A stretch of DNA of 64,000 bases, from contig NEEC01000002.1 in NCBI GenBank assembly GCA_002189035.1, positions 124,001 to 188,000 on the forward strand. The letters run 5' to 3'. This document shows, in pieces, positions 46,833-62,661 of this stretch. The DNA comes from Utricularia gibba. Its lineage: Eukaryota; Plantae; Magnoliophyta. The first letter of the stretch is position 1, and every line of letters starts with the position of its first letter. A model generated the notes under the pieces. The model did not search any database, had not been told where the DNA came from, and saw only the letters and a program-made list of their open reading frames with translations. A program made the translations under genes and the position numbers.

Positions 46833-48749
46833 TCACGAAGAGGATGCTGACGTACTGAACTTCATCGACCATGCCCTTACAGCAACCTTAACGGCTGCGA
46901 CAACATGGAGTTGTCCTGCCGCAGGCGTCAGCGCCTCCTCTGATCCTGGACTGCCACAATCTTCTACTTGAACACCCACGAAGAAAGCCACCTGCTTTTT
47001 AAATCATCAGCGCCTCCTACTCGGATAATGATTCCAAGTACTGAAAAGGATGCAGCTTTGAAAGGGGAAAAAGAAAGATCACCTTTCCTGAAGCGTCATT
47101 GATGGGAGAAATGTGGAGGAAATTCCAAAACGAAGTTCCATCTTTTCTGTAAGCAGGCAGGACTGTAGGTTAAGCTGGACAGGAGACAAGTTCAAACAAA
47201 TGACAAGACGGAATAAGTAGTAGTCTTGGATCAACCTGTAGTTCAAGATGCGCACGGTGCAAGCTTGTTGTGCTTGAATGCTCTCCTTTATCTGCAGAAT
47301 TTACAAGGGATTCACAATAGACGGTATGGTATGATCAGTCAGCAAGAGCTGAGGAAGAGCAGCGGCATACCTGATACTGGGTAGTTCTATCCGTACCAAC
47401 ACCACCCAGGAAGCTGCAATTTCGTCCGAGGACTTCACTCCTGGAATAGCCTACAAAAGATAACGGCAAAAAAATCGATTCTTGAATGAAAAATGAGAAA
47501 ACTGCGGCTTTACCACTGGCTCTTGAAATTCAGAGTACCTGTGAGTCTCAAGAATGGTTCACTAGCATAAAGTATCGGCATGCTCGGCAACAGTGCATCA
47601 GTTCTATGAAGAAAATGACAAGATGTCACACATCAGAGGCTGTTTGTTGGCTGGTGGAGTAGGTTCAAGTGAAAGAGGGGCATCTGAATATAGAAAAACT
47701 CACAATACAAAGCTTTGTTTGATTCTACCAAGAGAGATATTTAAGGCGGCTGGCAATTGCTTGTTTGTAGCTGCGCAGCACCTCTTTCTGCATACCAGCC
47801 TTCCGGTATATTCACTGTACCGGGTGAGCATAGACAAAATGTTACTGATTGCAGCACTGGCTTTTGCCTTCTCTGCTTCACTTGCCTCACAAGGGCCAGT
47901 GGTCTGGATTTCTGCAATGAAACATGTTTCAGAGAAGAGGCCCGAATTTATTCTAGATAATGACAATTCGATCGACAGAGATAATCAATGACAAAATGAA
48001 ACACTCAGAAGGATAAGCAGTTGCACCAATGAATTAGAATACAAACTGATATCTTCAGGCTGCAAATACGTGAGAAACTACCTATTATACCACCATTCTA
48101 ATGAAATCGAGTATTAGAAGATGATGATAATGACATGGCAGAATGAAGGATTATACCCAAAGCAAGGAAAGCTTGTAACATAAAACATGGAATCATTGCT
48201 ACCTGATACTGACTCAAAGGGAAATGAGCACCCCTGTTCCACAATCGAACTCTGGCAGACTTCCCTCCGACAACACTTGAAAAGACTCTCAGAAAACCCG
48301 GTATGATCTCTGAACGAATTCCCATTCTTCCTCCATCTCCCCTTCCTCAGAATAGGAACTTGCACACTTACAAAGTTGATCACCCTGCCATCATCCTTAC
48401 TGAAAACAGGGCACATTTTGAAGAACATCCAAAATGCCTTCCCATCTTTCCTGTAATTCAGAAGACTAATTTCTACACCTTTCTCATCCTTTATCGCCTC
48501 CCGAATTTCCATCACCGCCCTCCTCTCCGTATCCGGTCCCTGGAACATCCTTCCATTCTTCCCAATCACCTCATCCATTGAATAGCCAACCATTTTCAGA
48601 AACCCCCTCGAAGCAAAAACAATAGGGTGCCCACATACACATGGATCTGTAATCGTAAAGCAATCGGGCAACCCGTCCAGTGCTTCCCTCACATGCTCCG
48701 AGTACCTAAATGCAAATGAATCTCCAATCGATTCCAGTTGTGGTTCCAT
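46833..48749 (-). CDS. PLP: PAS/LOV protein (PLP/LLP), two LOV-type domains, multi-exon
   Basis: Domain 1 FTITDP...HPIVFASRGFL...GKNGRMFQG...NYRKDG; linker CEASEAEK..A..AISNILS.LT.YSE.TGRLVC; domain 2 GRNCSFLGG, NYRKDGTSFWNFLHISP; C-terminus AAVKVAVRA. Confidence 0.92.
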
Positions 48750-50791
48750 ATGGCTAAAAAGTACCCCTCAATTATTGAACCTTTGTGAACACAGAGCAAT
48801 CCCAATCCCATGTGTGCACTTCAGCCCTCGGTTTCAAAGCCGCAGATTCAACCTATGGGAAACGACCATGAAATATACATGGGAGCCACCCTGAAAATTC
48901 CCTAAATGATGAAACAGAAGTCTACGAAGGGTCGTGAACGAAACTGCACACAAATGCTAGGAAAAAACACAGCTGAACGGCTTACAGCTTTGATCCAGCC
49001 CTGTTTTTTTGTCTTCCTTCAAATAAAGCAAAATAATCAGACGATCAAAACTGCATCTTTCTTAAGGTTCAAAGACGGGTGGAAACAATGAAACCGACAG
49101 ATAAAATATCAGCAGCTCAGTGAACAACTGGTGGAGATGAAGCTAGCCGCTGCTGTCTGCCAAATCCCAATAAATCAGTGAAGTCGCTGAGTCAAAATCT
49201 CACCCGCAAGTGGAGCCCCTTGATCTCTATCCTCCACGCAATGGGAAAAAATTTTCGGCCTTTCGCCTAAACCAGCTTGCGGTGTTTAAATGAGTATGTT
49301 CGAGATGGATAAGAGCAACAAAACTTCCGGAGGAGCACGAGTACCCAATGGGATACCGGGCTAAAAGAAACGAACACGGCGCTCTATCTTATTCCTGAAA
49401 TTTATACTGTTAAAGTCTGATCCGCTTCCCTAAATGGAAACGCTTCTGAATTCATCATCTTTTTCTTTTGTTATTAACTTTCAGAATGACAACACTAATC
49501 ATTTGGGGTTCTGGGAATATGGGATCGGCACACATGATTCACCGATTAGCTTAACGCACCAACCTCAAGGAACCCTCATCCCTAATCGCACAAGAACACT
49601 TGTCCCCACTTTGAGCCAATGATTATTTCCTTATTTAGTACAGTGATGATAACGAAGCCCTCTCTCCGGATTCCGTCTTCTGTGTGCTGGCCCTTGGGTT
49701 TCATTTTCTTTTCCGGGTGGATTTCCGCACGTTGCCGAGTGTCGAACACACGTGGCGCCACGTCTGAACTTTTAAAATAAGGGGAACGGAAAGTAAAATG
49801 CTGGGCTTCCAAGTTCGCTGCGAAGGGAGATTTGGGCCAAGGCCCAACATTTTCTCTGTTACGTTTTTCTCCCCGGACATTGGCATGATACGCGGTCGCC
49901 TGGGATCTGGATTGGCTACAAACAAGATCCCTGGTTCATTTTGTGGCGTGTCTATGGCCCTGTTTTGTGTTTTTCTGTGTAATTGTGCTCGCATAGAGAA
50001 GATTGCGGGCGAATTATTGACAAGGTGGTGGAGAAGAGCAGATGAGGTTTGAATGACGTTATCCTGGAGTGCGCAACTGAGGATGATGATGGTTTCGCAA
50101 CGACTATCTGTATGAACACTGAAAATCTGAGATAAATGATGCGATACTTCGATTGCAGAAGCCGCTGTTGCCATCAAGAGGGCGATCCATGCTCTCACAT
50201 CTTTTCTTTTCCAACCAGCAGCCTGTTAAAGGCAGTTTCCTGATCATCGACTGCAAGTCTTGGTTGTACCAATGCCGCACAGGTTTTCTCAACTCTCCGC
50301 TATTGTAAAGTCTGTGGAGAAGCTTGTTATAAAAGCAGACAGTTTTGCGTACGTTCTAGTAATTGAACCTAATTATTATCGGGTTTGATACGTGACAATG
50401 AAGTAGTGCGCATGCTCATCAAACTAAGCATTACAAAATGCTGTAATTGTTATGTAACTATGAGCTAAAACATTAATTTTACAGTTTAATTTGGCCATTG
50501 GTGATTGCAGTCGATAGTAGTAGTGTTGTGTAAACTAAAATCCAAACTGAAAGTTTTAGTCATGAAATTCATGTGCTTTATGTTTGGCTGATTTTGATTA
50601 CATGCCAATCCATCGTGCACTGACTTGAGCTACGCGCAGGTGTTAGCGGTGTACGAAATATGGAAGTTGAAGTTCTTAGACACGGGGACAATTTAGTGCA
50701 TATTATCCAGTGATATTGCTTCCAAACCTTAGTAAACGAGCCCCATATCAATGATTTGTGGTAACAGTTAGAGAGGAGTGATTACATGTCA

Positions 50792-53675
50792 TTAACTTCC
50801 ATTCAGCATCATTTTACTGAAGCTTCCACTCAGATTTCCGCTAATGTTTCCACTGAAGTTCCCGCTGAGGTTTCCACTACTGCCCCATCCTTCCTGAACC
50901 TGAACTGAATATTGCATGTGCCAAAGCACATCCTCCACTGTTGGTCGAGCGGCTGGATCTTTGCTTAAGCAGTTTACTGTTATCTGTGATACCGTTTTCA
51001 GGGATTCATAGGAGAATGTACCATGCAAAGATGGATCTATATGCTCTCGCAGTGTCGAGGGAGATTCTGCTAAGCTCCTCTCTAGCTGTGACAGCATTCA
51101 GAAAACAAGCATTAGGCTGATGAAGAGCATGTTAAAGGTGATGCCGCACCCCCAATCCCCCATCCCTCCAAGCAAGACACTGTGATCTACATTTCAAAAG
51201 TTGACGGAGCAGAACCTGAAAATGGAGGTCATCGATATCATGCTGAGAGGCTGCAGGCCTACCAGTGATAACTTCAACCAGGATCACTCCCAAGTTGTAT
51301 ATGTCTTCTTTTTCCGGATTTTGACTGTGAAAAAAAAAGGAGTTGAGGTGGCTTTGAGAAACCTGAGAGGCGCATGAAGGGTCTAGGAAAGTGAGAACTT
51401 TACTGGGGTGTCGAGATTTCTTTCGGGTTATTGAGAGGACCTTCAGCTCCAACCTATAAAGGAAATAACATATCGAGGATTTAATGGTATCCTAGTTTCA
51501 CGTCAACTTTTCCATCTGAAAGAACATGTGCATGATTCAAGAAGATTTTAGGAGTGAAGAAGCAGACATGTAGATGCTAAACAGCGGAAAGAAATGTCAC
51601 CGAAGGTGGTAAGCTTATATTGTAGCTGCTGATCTTTGGAGTGAGGCTCTCATCCAGCAGAATGCTGTCAATTTTCAAGTCGTTTCCAACGATTCCTCCT
51701 GAGTGCAAGTACTGGATGCCCCTCGCAATGCCCATGGCGATGGACATTCTCTGTGGCCACTTCAAAAGTTCTCTCTTTCTCCAGTCTGCATCACAAAAAA
51801 AAAAAAAAAAAAAAAGAGCAGCACTTGCTTAGATGTTGTTGGCTCATTTCTTCTTAGAATACAATTCTGAGGTACCATTGAGGTGATCTCTTAATGATCC
51901 ATTGGCCACATATTCTAGGACAATGAAGACATTGCCAGCTGCATTCTGATGGGCGATGCATTGTCCGAGAACACTAACCAGATTCCGGTGTCTCAGGTTT
52001 GAGACCACTTCTATATACTGATCCAGGGATTGAGAGGAATATTTTTGTTTGAGCTTCAAGCTTTTTACGAGGACTGCTGAACCATTATGGAGACGTCCCT
52101 TGAACACCTGAAGAATCCGGCCCGCAGGTAATACCAATTTTTTTTTTTTCATGATCATCATCATCACTCAGATACGCTGTGAATAATAAGCTGGCATACC
52201 TGACACTGTGGTCCTTCCTGCAGCAAGTAAGATTCTTCAAAGTTGTTTGTTGCCTCTTCGATTTCCTCTAGTGTGAAAATACTGTACGGTGGCAGTGTGG
52301 TAGATGTCATCCTCATAGATGGTGGCGCACGCCCTAGTGAAATTCAAAATGAGAACACATTAGCACAGTTTTTCGGAGCCTCGATAGCGAACTCCGCCAT
52401 TCAAGATTAAAAGGCCAAGTCTATGGACTAACTTCGGAAACGAGAGCTGGTAACCGGATTCTTCTTGATCACCATGCTATCATCTTGGGGAACATGTCCT
52501 CTTCTCCACAGAAACAGCATCAACAGTCCTAGTGATACTGAAATCACCACAATCCCACCCATGATGCTCAAAACAACACCAAGTTTCATGGTTGATGCTG
52601 GTAATTGACCATTCTGCCTTTTATCTGGAGGCTGAACTGCTATCGCTGCCGTCTCACATAAACTGCTGGATCTCTGATACCTCAAACTGGAATCCGACAG
52701 GCAATTCCACAGTGTGATGACTGTCATATTTCCCTTATTTGGTTCAAGACAAGAGGGTAACTTTCCCGTCAAAAGGTTGTTTGAAATGTCTACAAAGGTG
52801 AGATTTGCATTGCAAAAAGTGTTGGAATCGAGTGCTCCACTCAGCTGGTTTTCCCCGAGATTTACATATTGAACTGATGGCAGTGAAAACAAGAAACTTG
52901 GTATTGGACCAATCAGCTTGTTTGCCGAAAGATCAAGAACTTGCAGACTGTTCAGTTCCTTGAAAACTTGAGGTATATTGGATCTAAAGGAGTTGTTGCT
53001 CAGAGAAATTCTGACAACATTTTCTGGAAAAGAAGGAAATTCGGGCCCTAAACTGTTGCTTCTCAAGTCCAGCTCTTGGAGGTGTATCAAGTCGCTCAGA
53101 TCAGGAACAGATCCATTGAACAGATTATCACTCAGAACAAGGTTTCTCAAACTTGGATAAGTAGAAACCGACTCCGGTATTGCACCATATATGAAATTTG
53201 AGCTCATATTCAAGCTTTCAAGCGTTTTGAACCTGTTGATTTTCCAAGGCAAAGTTCCCCAGATGCCTAAAGACACCAATGACAGCCTCTGTAAACTCCA
53301 GAGCTTTGTTAAAACAGTGAAGAATGAATCAAGTGAGAATCTTTCAGACAGAGTGTTCTCAGAAACTGAAAAATTGGAAGCTAAAGCCCCATGAATCTTC
53401 GATGGGGAGCTTCTGTTCCCGACAATTGAAAGCTCAATGATATGGTGACCTGAACATATGATCGTTAGAGAAGGAGTTGTAGGAAGAGAACAGAAGTCTG
53501 TCCACTTGTTCCAAGACTGAAGATAAGATGGGTACTCGAGAAGCTGCCGGACTTGAAACATGATTCTGGCTTCTGCTGGCGCAAGCTGTGCATCAGAAAC
53601 AAATGCACAACAAACCAGCAGAAGCACAGATGAAAACAGGAAACTGAATCGAACCCATGAATCTTCTTCCTCCAT
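50792..53675 (-). CDS. LRR receptor-like kinase, LRR-VI type (At1g14390/At3g03770-like), predicted pseudokinase
   Basis: Signal peptide, LRRs (LxxLxLSxNxLxGxIP), TM GVVLSIMGGIVVISVSLGLLMLFL, kinase-like region with GNDLK in place of HRDLK and ISSY in place of DFG. Confidence 0.92.
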
Positions 53676-54093
53676 ATGTGCCTGAGATGACTCGGAAGAA
53701 GAAATTCCTGAGGTGTATTACTGGAGTGTCGGCGAGGAATATGAAGTTGAAGAGTAGGGTAGCTGGCACAAGATTGCCTGTGATCTCAATGAAGTGTTTG
53801 GACCAGCAATAATGAAACTGTCTGCAATGAAACAAGTGGCACTGAGGTTTGCTTAACATACGAGAACCACATTATTCTTGGAGAAGGAAAAAACAAATGA
53901 AAATGAATGAAAGGGATATGGGAAAATGATCTGTCAGGGGACAGTTAGATGCTGATGGGAAGAAATAAATGCAGATTGACTGACCAACAGCTAAGCTATT
54001 TCTGAAAGGGGAACTTTGCATCCTTGTTTTTCACTTTATTTTCATCTACAGATCTGCATGCTTTTTTTGGCCTCTGGGAACTCCTCCCTTCTC

Positions 54094-54123
54094 CCTCCTC
54101 CTCCTCCTCCTCCTCCTCCTCCT
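54094..54123. repeat. (CCT)10 microsatellite upstream of the LRR-RLK
   Basis: Direct reading; it accounts for the poly-Pro ORF 54016-54240. Confidence 0.9.
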
Positions 54124-54892
54124 ACCCCAGTCCCGGACCCACCACCTATAGACGACAGTTATCATTATGAACCCTTCAATTTCCACTTATACCCTCTCCA
54201 ATGGATAATGCCCGTGCGCATACGTGTTTACAATGAGTAAAAAAATCGTGAATAATTTTCGTACAAACGCCTTTCGTTTTGTACAAAAAATTTAATATTT
54301 TTATTATCAAAAAAATAAAATTATAATTAAAACTTAGTTGAACAGTGTTGAAATTGTAATGCCATGGTGTTTTATTTTTTTATATTGTAAAATATTTTAA
54401 ATTTAACTACTAATTATCAACTATTCACAATTTAATGATAATTGATTTAAAGTTTTTAAAACAACACGTGGAAGGGGTCCCATCGAGCAGTTGTTGCGCA
54501 TGATGGCGCCGAGCGTGGAGGAAAGAAACCGTTACAGTGGATGCTCCATTATGGGCTTTTCGACCCATTTGTCGACATAAAAAAGATATGATGAGAAGCC
54601 TTACGGACCAACAATCGAAGTGGCCCAAATGTTTACTCAGCCCATGAGTGACGACGCCTTCCGCCATCCGACGGCCGGCATTCAGCCTCGTTCTCCTTGG
54701 CCAATCACAGAAGGCGTGGAAACAGATAGATGAATCTAGAACCGTAGACGTGTTCCCTTTTCCACTCTGTATATATCGAAGGCTGTGAGACCCCTTATCG
54801 GAAACGTCCTTCATTCGTTTTGTTATTCCTCGTGGTTCCGGAGGGTTTTGCGATCTCTTCTTCTTGTCCCGCCGCTGTTGAATCCGTTCCAA

Positions 54893-57620
<2,728 letters not shown>

Positions 57621-58285
57621 GAAATGGAACACGGGATGGGTTCCTAAGTTGATTTTAAGACAATGCCTGGTGGTAGCTTAGAGATGGATGCAACAGAAAC
57701 GAGTATTATTTGAGATTTTTTGCTTATGGCTGAGTTTCAGATTCAGCAATATCTTAAAGTCAGTTGTTAGGTCTAAAGAGAAACCCAAAAACACAGCAGT
57801 TAGGGAAACAAGTACGTCGACCTTGTATGGTCACTGTCATCAAACCAGCCATACCCGTGAAACCTGGATGAATCCGGCAGTCGGAATGCCACAAAACAGC
57901 CCACGGTAGGTAATTACCATTGCTCAAAAGACAAAACGCAGCTTTTGGGAAGTAACACTCCCGGTCGAAGGGTGAAAAAAGGGGGCGGCGTACGGAAACT
58001 CCCGGTGGACCAAACTCTCCATGTTCCAACCCAATCAAAAGCGTAATCCCTGTAAATATTTGATCTGTGTAATAGATATGAGAAAACGCTGAAGTTGCAA
58101 AAAGAGCAAACTTGATTCGCTTCGAGTTGCCGGTACAGCAATGACATGAAATTATTCTTTGTTGATTTTATTACAGAAATACAATGAAAAAGACAGAATC
58201 TGGGTGACTAAAAATATGATAGATTACCATCGAGGCATTGGATCCCTTATCCGGTCTATCATTGCCGTTCGGAGGTGGAGGCGAA

Positions 58286-59194
58286 ATGAGCGGCCGGTAC
58301 CCGGACCCCATAGCAAGGACTCGGACCCGGATCGGATGGGTCGGTATCGGAGTGATGGGCGGCGCTATGGCTTCACGTCTGATCTCTGCGGGCTACGCCG
58401 TCTCTGTGTACGCTCGCTCTCCTTCAAAAGCCGCCTACCTAGTCTCCCTCGGTGCCGTCTTGGTTCCCACACTGGCGGAACTCGCTGCCACCAGCGACGT
58501 CGTATTCACGATGATCGGCCACCCCTCCGACGTCCAAAGCGTTGTCCTGGACTCGATTCTTCCGTCGCTGAAACCTAACGCGGTGATTGTCGATCACACT
58601 AGCAGCGACCCCGGCCTCGCGCGGAAAATCTACGATTGTGCTAAAGAGAAGCAATGCTATTCCATCGATGCCCCGGTTTCTGGCGGCGATATTGGGGCGA
58701 GAGACGGAAAACTGGCCATATTCGCAGGCGGGGATGGTGAAGTTGTGAAATGGTTGAAACCCTTGTTTGACGAACTGGGGAAAGCAACTCATATGGGCAG
58801 TGCAGGGAAGGGGCAGAGCTGCAAAATCGGGAATCAGATTGTGGTGGGTGGAAATCTTGTGGGGTTGAGTGAAGGGCTGGTTTTCGCGGCGGCAGCGGGA
58901 CTGGATAAGCGTGAGTTTCTGGAGGCGGTGAGGGGCGGCGCCGCCGGGTCGATGGCGATGGAGCTTTTCGGCAAGAGGATGATTGAGAGGGATTTTAGGC
59001 CTGGTGGGTTTGCAGAGTATATGGTCAAGGATTTGGGACTAGTGGAAGCACAGGAGGGTGGGGATGTGGTGGTTTTGCCAGGGGCTGCGCTGACGAAGCA
59101 GCTGTATTCCAGTATGGTGGCTAACGGCGATGGAAAGGCCGGCGGCCAGGGTATCATAACCGTCATTGAAAGGATCAACGGGATGAATGGTTAA
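58286..59194 (+). CDS. 3-hydroxyisobutyrate dehydrogenase-like / 6-phosphogluconate dehydrogenase NAD-binding family protein, intronless
   Basis: IGWVGIGVMGGAM Rossmann motif, DAPVSGGDIGARDG, CKIGNQI, FRPGGFAEYMVKDLG. Confidence 0.92.
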   Translation: MSGRYPDPIARTRTRIGWVGIGVMGGAMASRLISAGYAVSVYARSPSKAAYLVSLGAVLVPTLAELAATSDVVFTMIGHPSDVQSVVLDSILPSLKPNAVIVDHTSSDPGLARKIYDCAKEKQCYSIDAPVSGGDIGARDGKLAIFAGGDGEVVKWLKPLFDELGKATHMGSAGKGQSCKIGNQIVVGGNLVGLSEGLVFAAAAGLDKREFLEAVRGGAAGSMAMELFGKRMIERDFRPGGFAEYMVKDLGLVEAQEGGDVVVLPGAALTKQLYSSMVANGDGKAGGQGIITVIERINGMNG

Positions 59195-59508
59195 TTTCTG
59201 TGCATTAAAAAAAAAGTGTACTTTGTCATCGATCCTTGTGATCCTTTCGCATTCGTGTTTCCGGTGACAATCCTCCGACCTCCGGTGCCAAAATCTCGTA
59301 CCTCACGAGTGACCGTTGTTCACTTCATTGGGCCCAATTCGAAAATATATAGGCCCAAAAGTAGTAGGGGCCGGGGAGTGAAAATTGAACTGAATTTCTG
59401 AATCCGGGCGGGAAAGATCTTCGATCTCATTTTCCGATCGCCACAGCTACCGCCGAGAGCAAGGGCATTCGGTCGTAAAAATTCCGGTGAAAACTGTAGC
59501 CGAGAGAA

Positions 59509-62132
59509 ATGTCGAAGTTCGATTATCCCTGGCTTACTCGTCAAGATATCGTGGGGTTGCTGGCGGAGTACCAAATTGCGGCCATTTCAGAGGCCGACCT
59601 TATTCGCCCAGACCCAGACTTTATTTGCAACCTCTACACCCATGTTTATCTCCACATGGGGACTCACCAGCTAGGAAGCTACTGTAGTTGTCTTTGCGAG
59701 TACTTAATCGCAGCTGATTTCTCAGGGTAATTTGTTAAAATTTTCAGGGATGAAGAATTGCAGATTGAGTTTGAAGCGCTGGAGCTGCTTGAAAACCCAG
59801 ACAACCACGCCCACTCAATTCAGGTCGTTGATTTGTATAGCAAAATTAAGCAACTGGTCAAAGCTGTTAAGTGTCCCAAGACGTTTACTCTCAAAGACTT
59901 GATAAAGCCGGACCCTGAACGCACAGTACTGTTCCTCGGTGCGCTTCTCAATTTCTTGATACACAGGTGAAATTTCTTTGTTTCATGGAATTCTTACATT
60001 TGAAACACTATGACTGCGGAAAGTTCATCTCCATTAAATTTTACTGATCATCTAATTTGTGCATTGGTGGGAACTAACCAACAGAGGCTATACGTTTTTT
60101 CATTAGATTTTCAAAAAGAAGCCTATTGAAAGAGCACAATGATGCGCTGACCCAATTGGCAGATCAGGAGCAAGCTGCCAAAGAAAGAATATCTCAGGTA
60201 GTTTAGATTGTAATTCTAATTTTATGCTTATGTTCAGTGCCCAATGTTCGTTGCTTGGAGTTAAAAGAGTTTCTTTGCCTTAGTTGGAGGCAGAAATAGC
60301 AGAATGTGAGCAGTCCAGAGAAAAGGAGTTGCCGCTTATTCAGGACATAAATTCCCAGATTAAGGAACTGCAGCAAAATGTTTCTGGACTTAACCAACAG
60401 CAAATGACGCTGCGAACTTCAATTAAACAATTGAAGGAGAAATCCAAGGAAATGGATGAAAAGGTTCTTCCTTTACCTCCAGTTAAACTGTAGTTTTAAC
60501 TTCTTGACCTGTGAGCTGTAAGAATTCCATAGTCATGCTTCACCCAGAAAGGGATAGTATTGCTGCAATCAGCATTACCTTGAACCCCTAGTTCTCATAA
60601 TTCATACATAATTAATCAGATATCTGAAGCAGAGTCTGCCTTAGCACAAACTGTTCAAGAGAATGCACACTTGCGTTCAAGAATCGTTCAATCTCCTGAT
60701 AAACTTCAGGTATTTTTCGTTTAGGTTCATAAAAGGAGTTGGCCGATGCCTGGCTGTCCCAACGCTTCGTCATTTTGTTTTTTTTTCCTTTATCCTTGTG
60801 ATGTATTAATTTTTTTAACATGCAGAGGGCTCTAGAGGAGAAAAAGCAGGTTCAAATTGAAGTGAAAAATTCTGAAAGGATTGCTTCACAAAAATTCCAG
60901 GATAAGACTACCCTACTTGAGGCTCACGCCAAGGTGTGGTGTTATGTATGGATTTGTTGATATAATCCATTTCCTTTGGATGATCGTAGCATGTTCATTC
61001 TCCAGGCTTGTAAGAAAATTACGAAGCACTTACAGAAGATGCAAATCCTACAAGAGCAGGTATGTTGATGCAAAGCTAGTGTGCTATCATCTTGCTTAAG
61101 CAAGGGTGTTTCTTACATTATTTTATTTGGTTTTCAATATGATTTTCGTCCTTTCTTCGTGCTTGTTCTTGTTACTCTCCTTCGCACTGGTTTGCGCCTA
61201 AATTGGACCTATTGATTAAATATGATTACCAAAGCTTATCTGCTGCACGGCTGTAAATTATCATTTTCTTTGAGAAGGTTCTAGCTTGTAACGAAGGCCA
61301 TCACAACATCCGGTATATGAGCATTCCTGCTGATAGTAAATTTTGATTCTGCATTTGCCTTACCAACTGGGCAGGCCAATTCTGCAAAGTCAGTCGATAA
61401 AGATGTTAAGGCCCTGAAAAGCAAGCTTAGTGAAGAAGAAGTTGCAATCAAGTCACTTGAAGCCAAATCTCTGGAACTGCAGTCTAGAGGTATTCGTGGT
61501 GTAATCATTCACTTTGAACTTGTGTTTTATCCTAAAAGTGAAAAATACTATTCAGGGGATCAGTTAAAGGAGCAAAAAAAGCAGCTTGATCTTGAGAATA
61601 CTCTCAAGAAGGAACAGATTGACAAGGATTACAAAATTGTGGAGTTAGAAGTTGAAGCGAAGCGTCAAGCATTAGAAATCAGGCAAAGAGAGCTGGAGTC
61701 ACTGGTGGCAGAGGTAATGTTGACCATGAAACTAAATCATTTCTCCTTGTTTTGTATGTTGCTCTTTGAAGAACCTGGATAAGCATGAGTAATACTTTTT
61801 GCAATTTTCGCTTCTAAGTTCTTACTATGAGTAGGATGCATTTGCAGCGACGTCTGTGTAGTTGCTTATTCTAACTTATAAGCACTGCGACCTGACCATA
61901 CATGCATAATGTGTTTCAGGCAGAAGCTATGTCTTCAAAGAAAGAAGCTGTCAGGCAAGAAGGGGAAGCTAAGATGCAACTGTTGGGATCAAAATGTGAA
62001 GAAATTCTGGCAGAGGTACGTACACGTAGTGCTCTTTTTCACTGTGTGAGAGGATAGACTACATCTATCAGCTTTCTCGTGCAGTTCAATAAGTATTCAG
62101 ACTCCATGAAGCAACTCATTGAGCGGCAGTGA
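59509..62132 (+). CDS. NUF2: Kinetochore protein NUF2, 11 exons
   Basis: MSKFDYPWL..., LELLENPDNHAHS, LKDLIKPDPERT.LFLGALLNF, coiled coil with IVQSPDKLQRALEEKK. The exon chain keeps frame if intron 1 uses a GC donor. Confidence 0.9.
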
Positions 62133-62661
62133 GTGCCACTGGGCGGCAAATGCTTTTTGCTGATGGAATGAGCAGAAAAAAGTGTTGATAATGTATGTAT
62201 TGCGCCTTCTAGGTGTTTGTTTCACTCTTCAGTCAAGCTTCGATCTCTTTGATTCAGTTTGCAACTGAACCAAATTCTCCTGCAGCATATCCGTTCTAGA
62301 AAGATTAGGAAACATGGATGTGGAACAGAAGTGATGACAATGCGGGATAAAGCTTCTCTTCTCTCACGCTGAGTGTATCCGTCTATTTTCATAATTATCA
62401 ATTTTTCTTATTATAAGGTTCTTTTCAACTTGGGCCTAATAATAAAATTTCCAAGTATCGTAGACCTGGGCAGAGCAGATACCCAATTACTGAAGCCCAT
62501 GTCTGATTCTCCACAGTCGCACAAATTGAAATCAACGGACAGGATTGAGTTGGCCCTGGATATATATAAGTATATATATTATATTCCTTGTGACTTGACG
62601 GCTTTGTCACGTATTCTATCTGCAACCGATCTGCAAGGAAGCAATAGCGATTTCAGTGAAC

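Noticed and set aside
49700-50300. 165-aa minus ORF, and plus-strand fragments EDCGRIIDKVVEKSR*GLNDVILECATEDDDG that look protein-like
   Set aside because: Could be another gene relic, but I cannot assign a family or a consistent exon structure; tBLASTx would decide.
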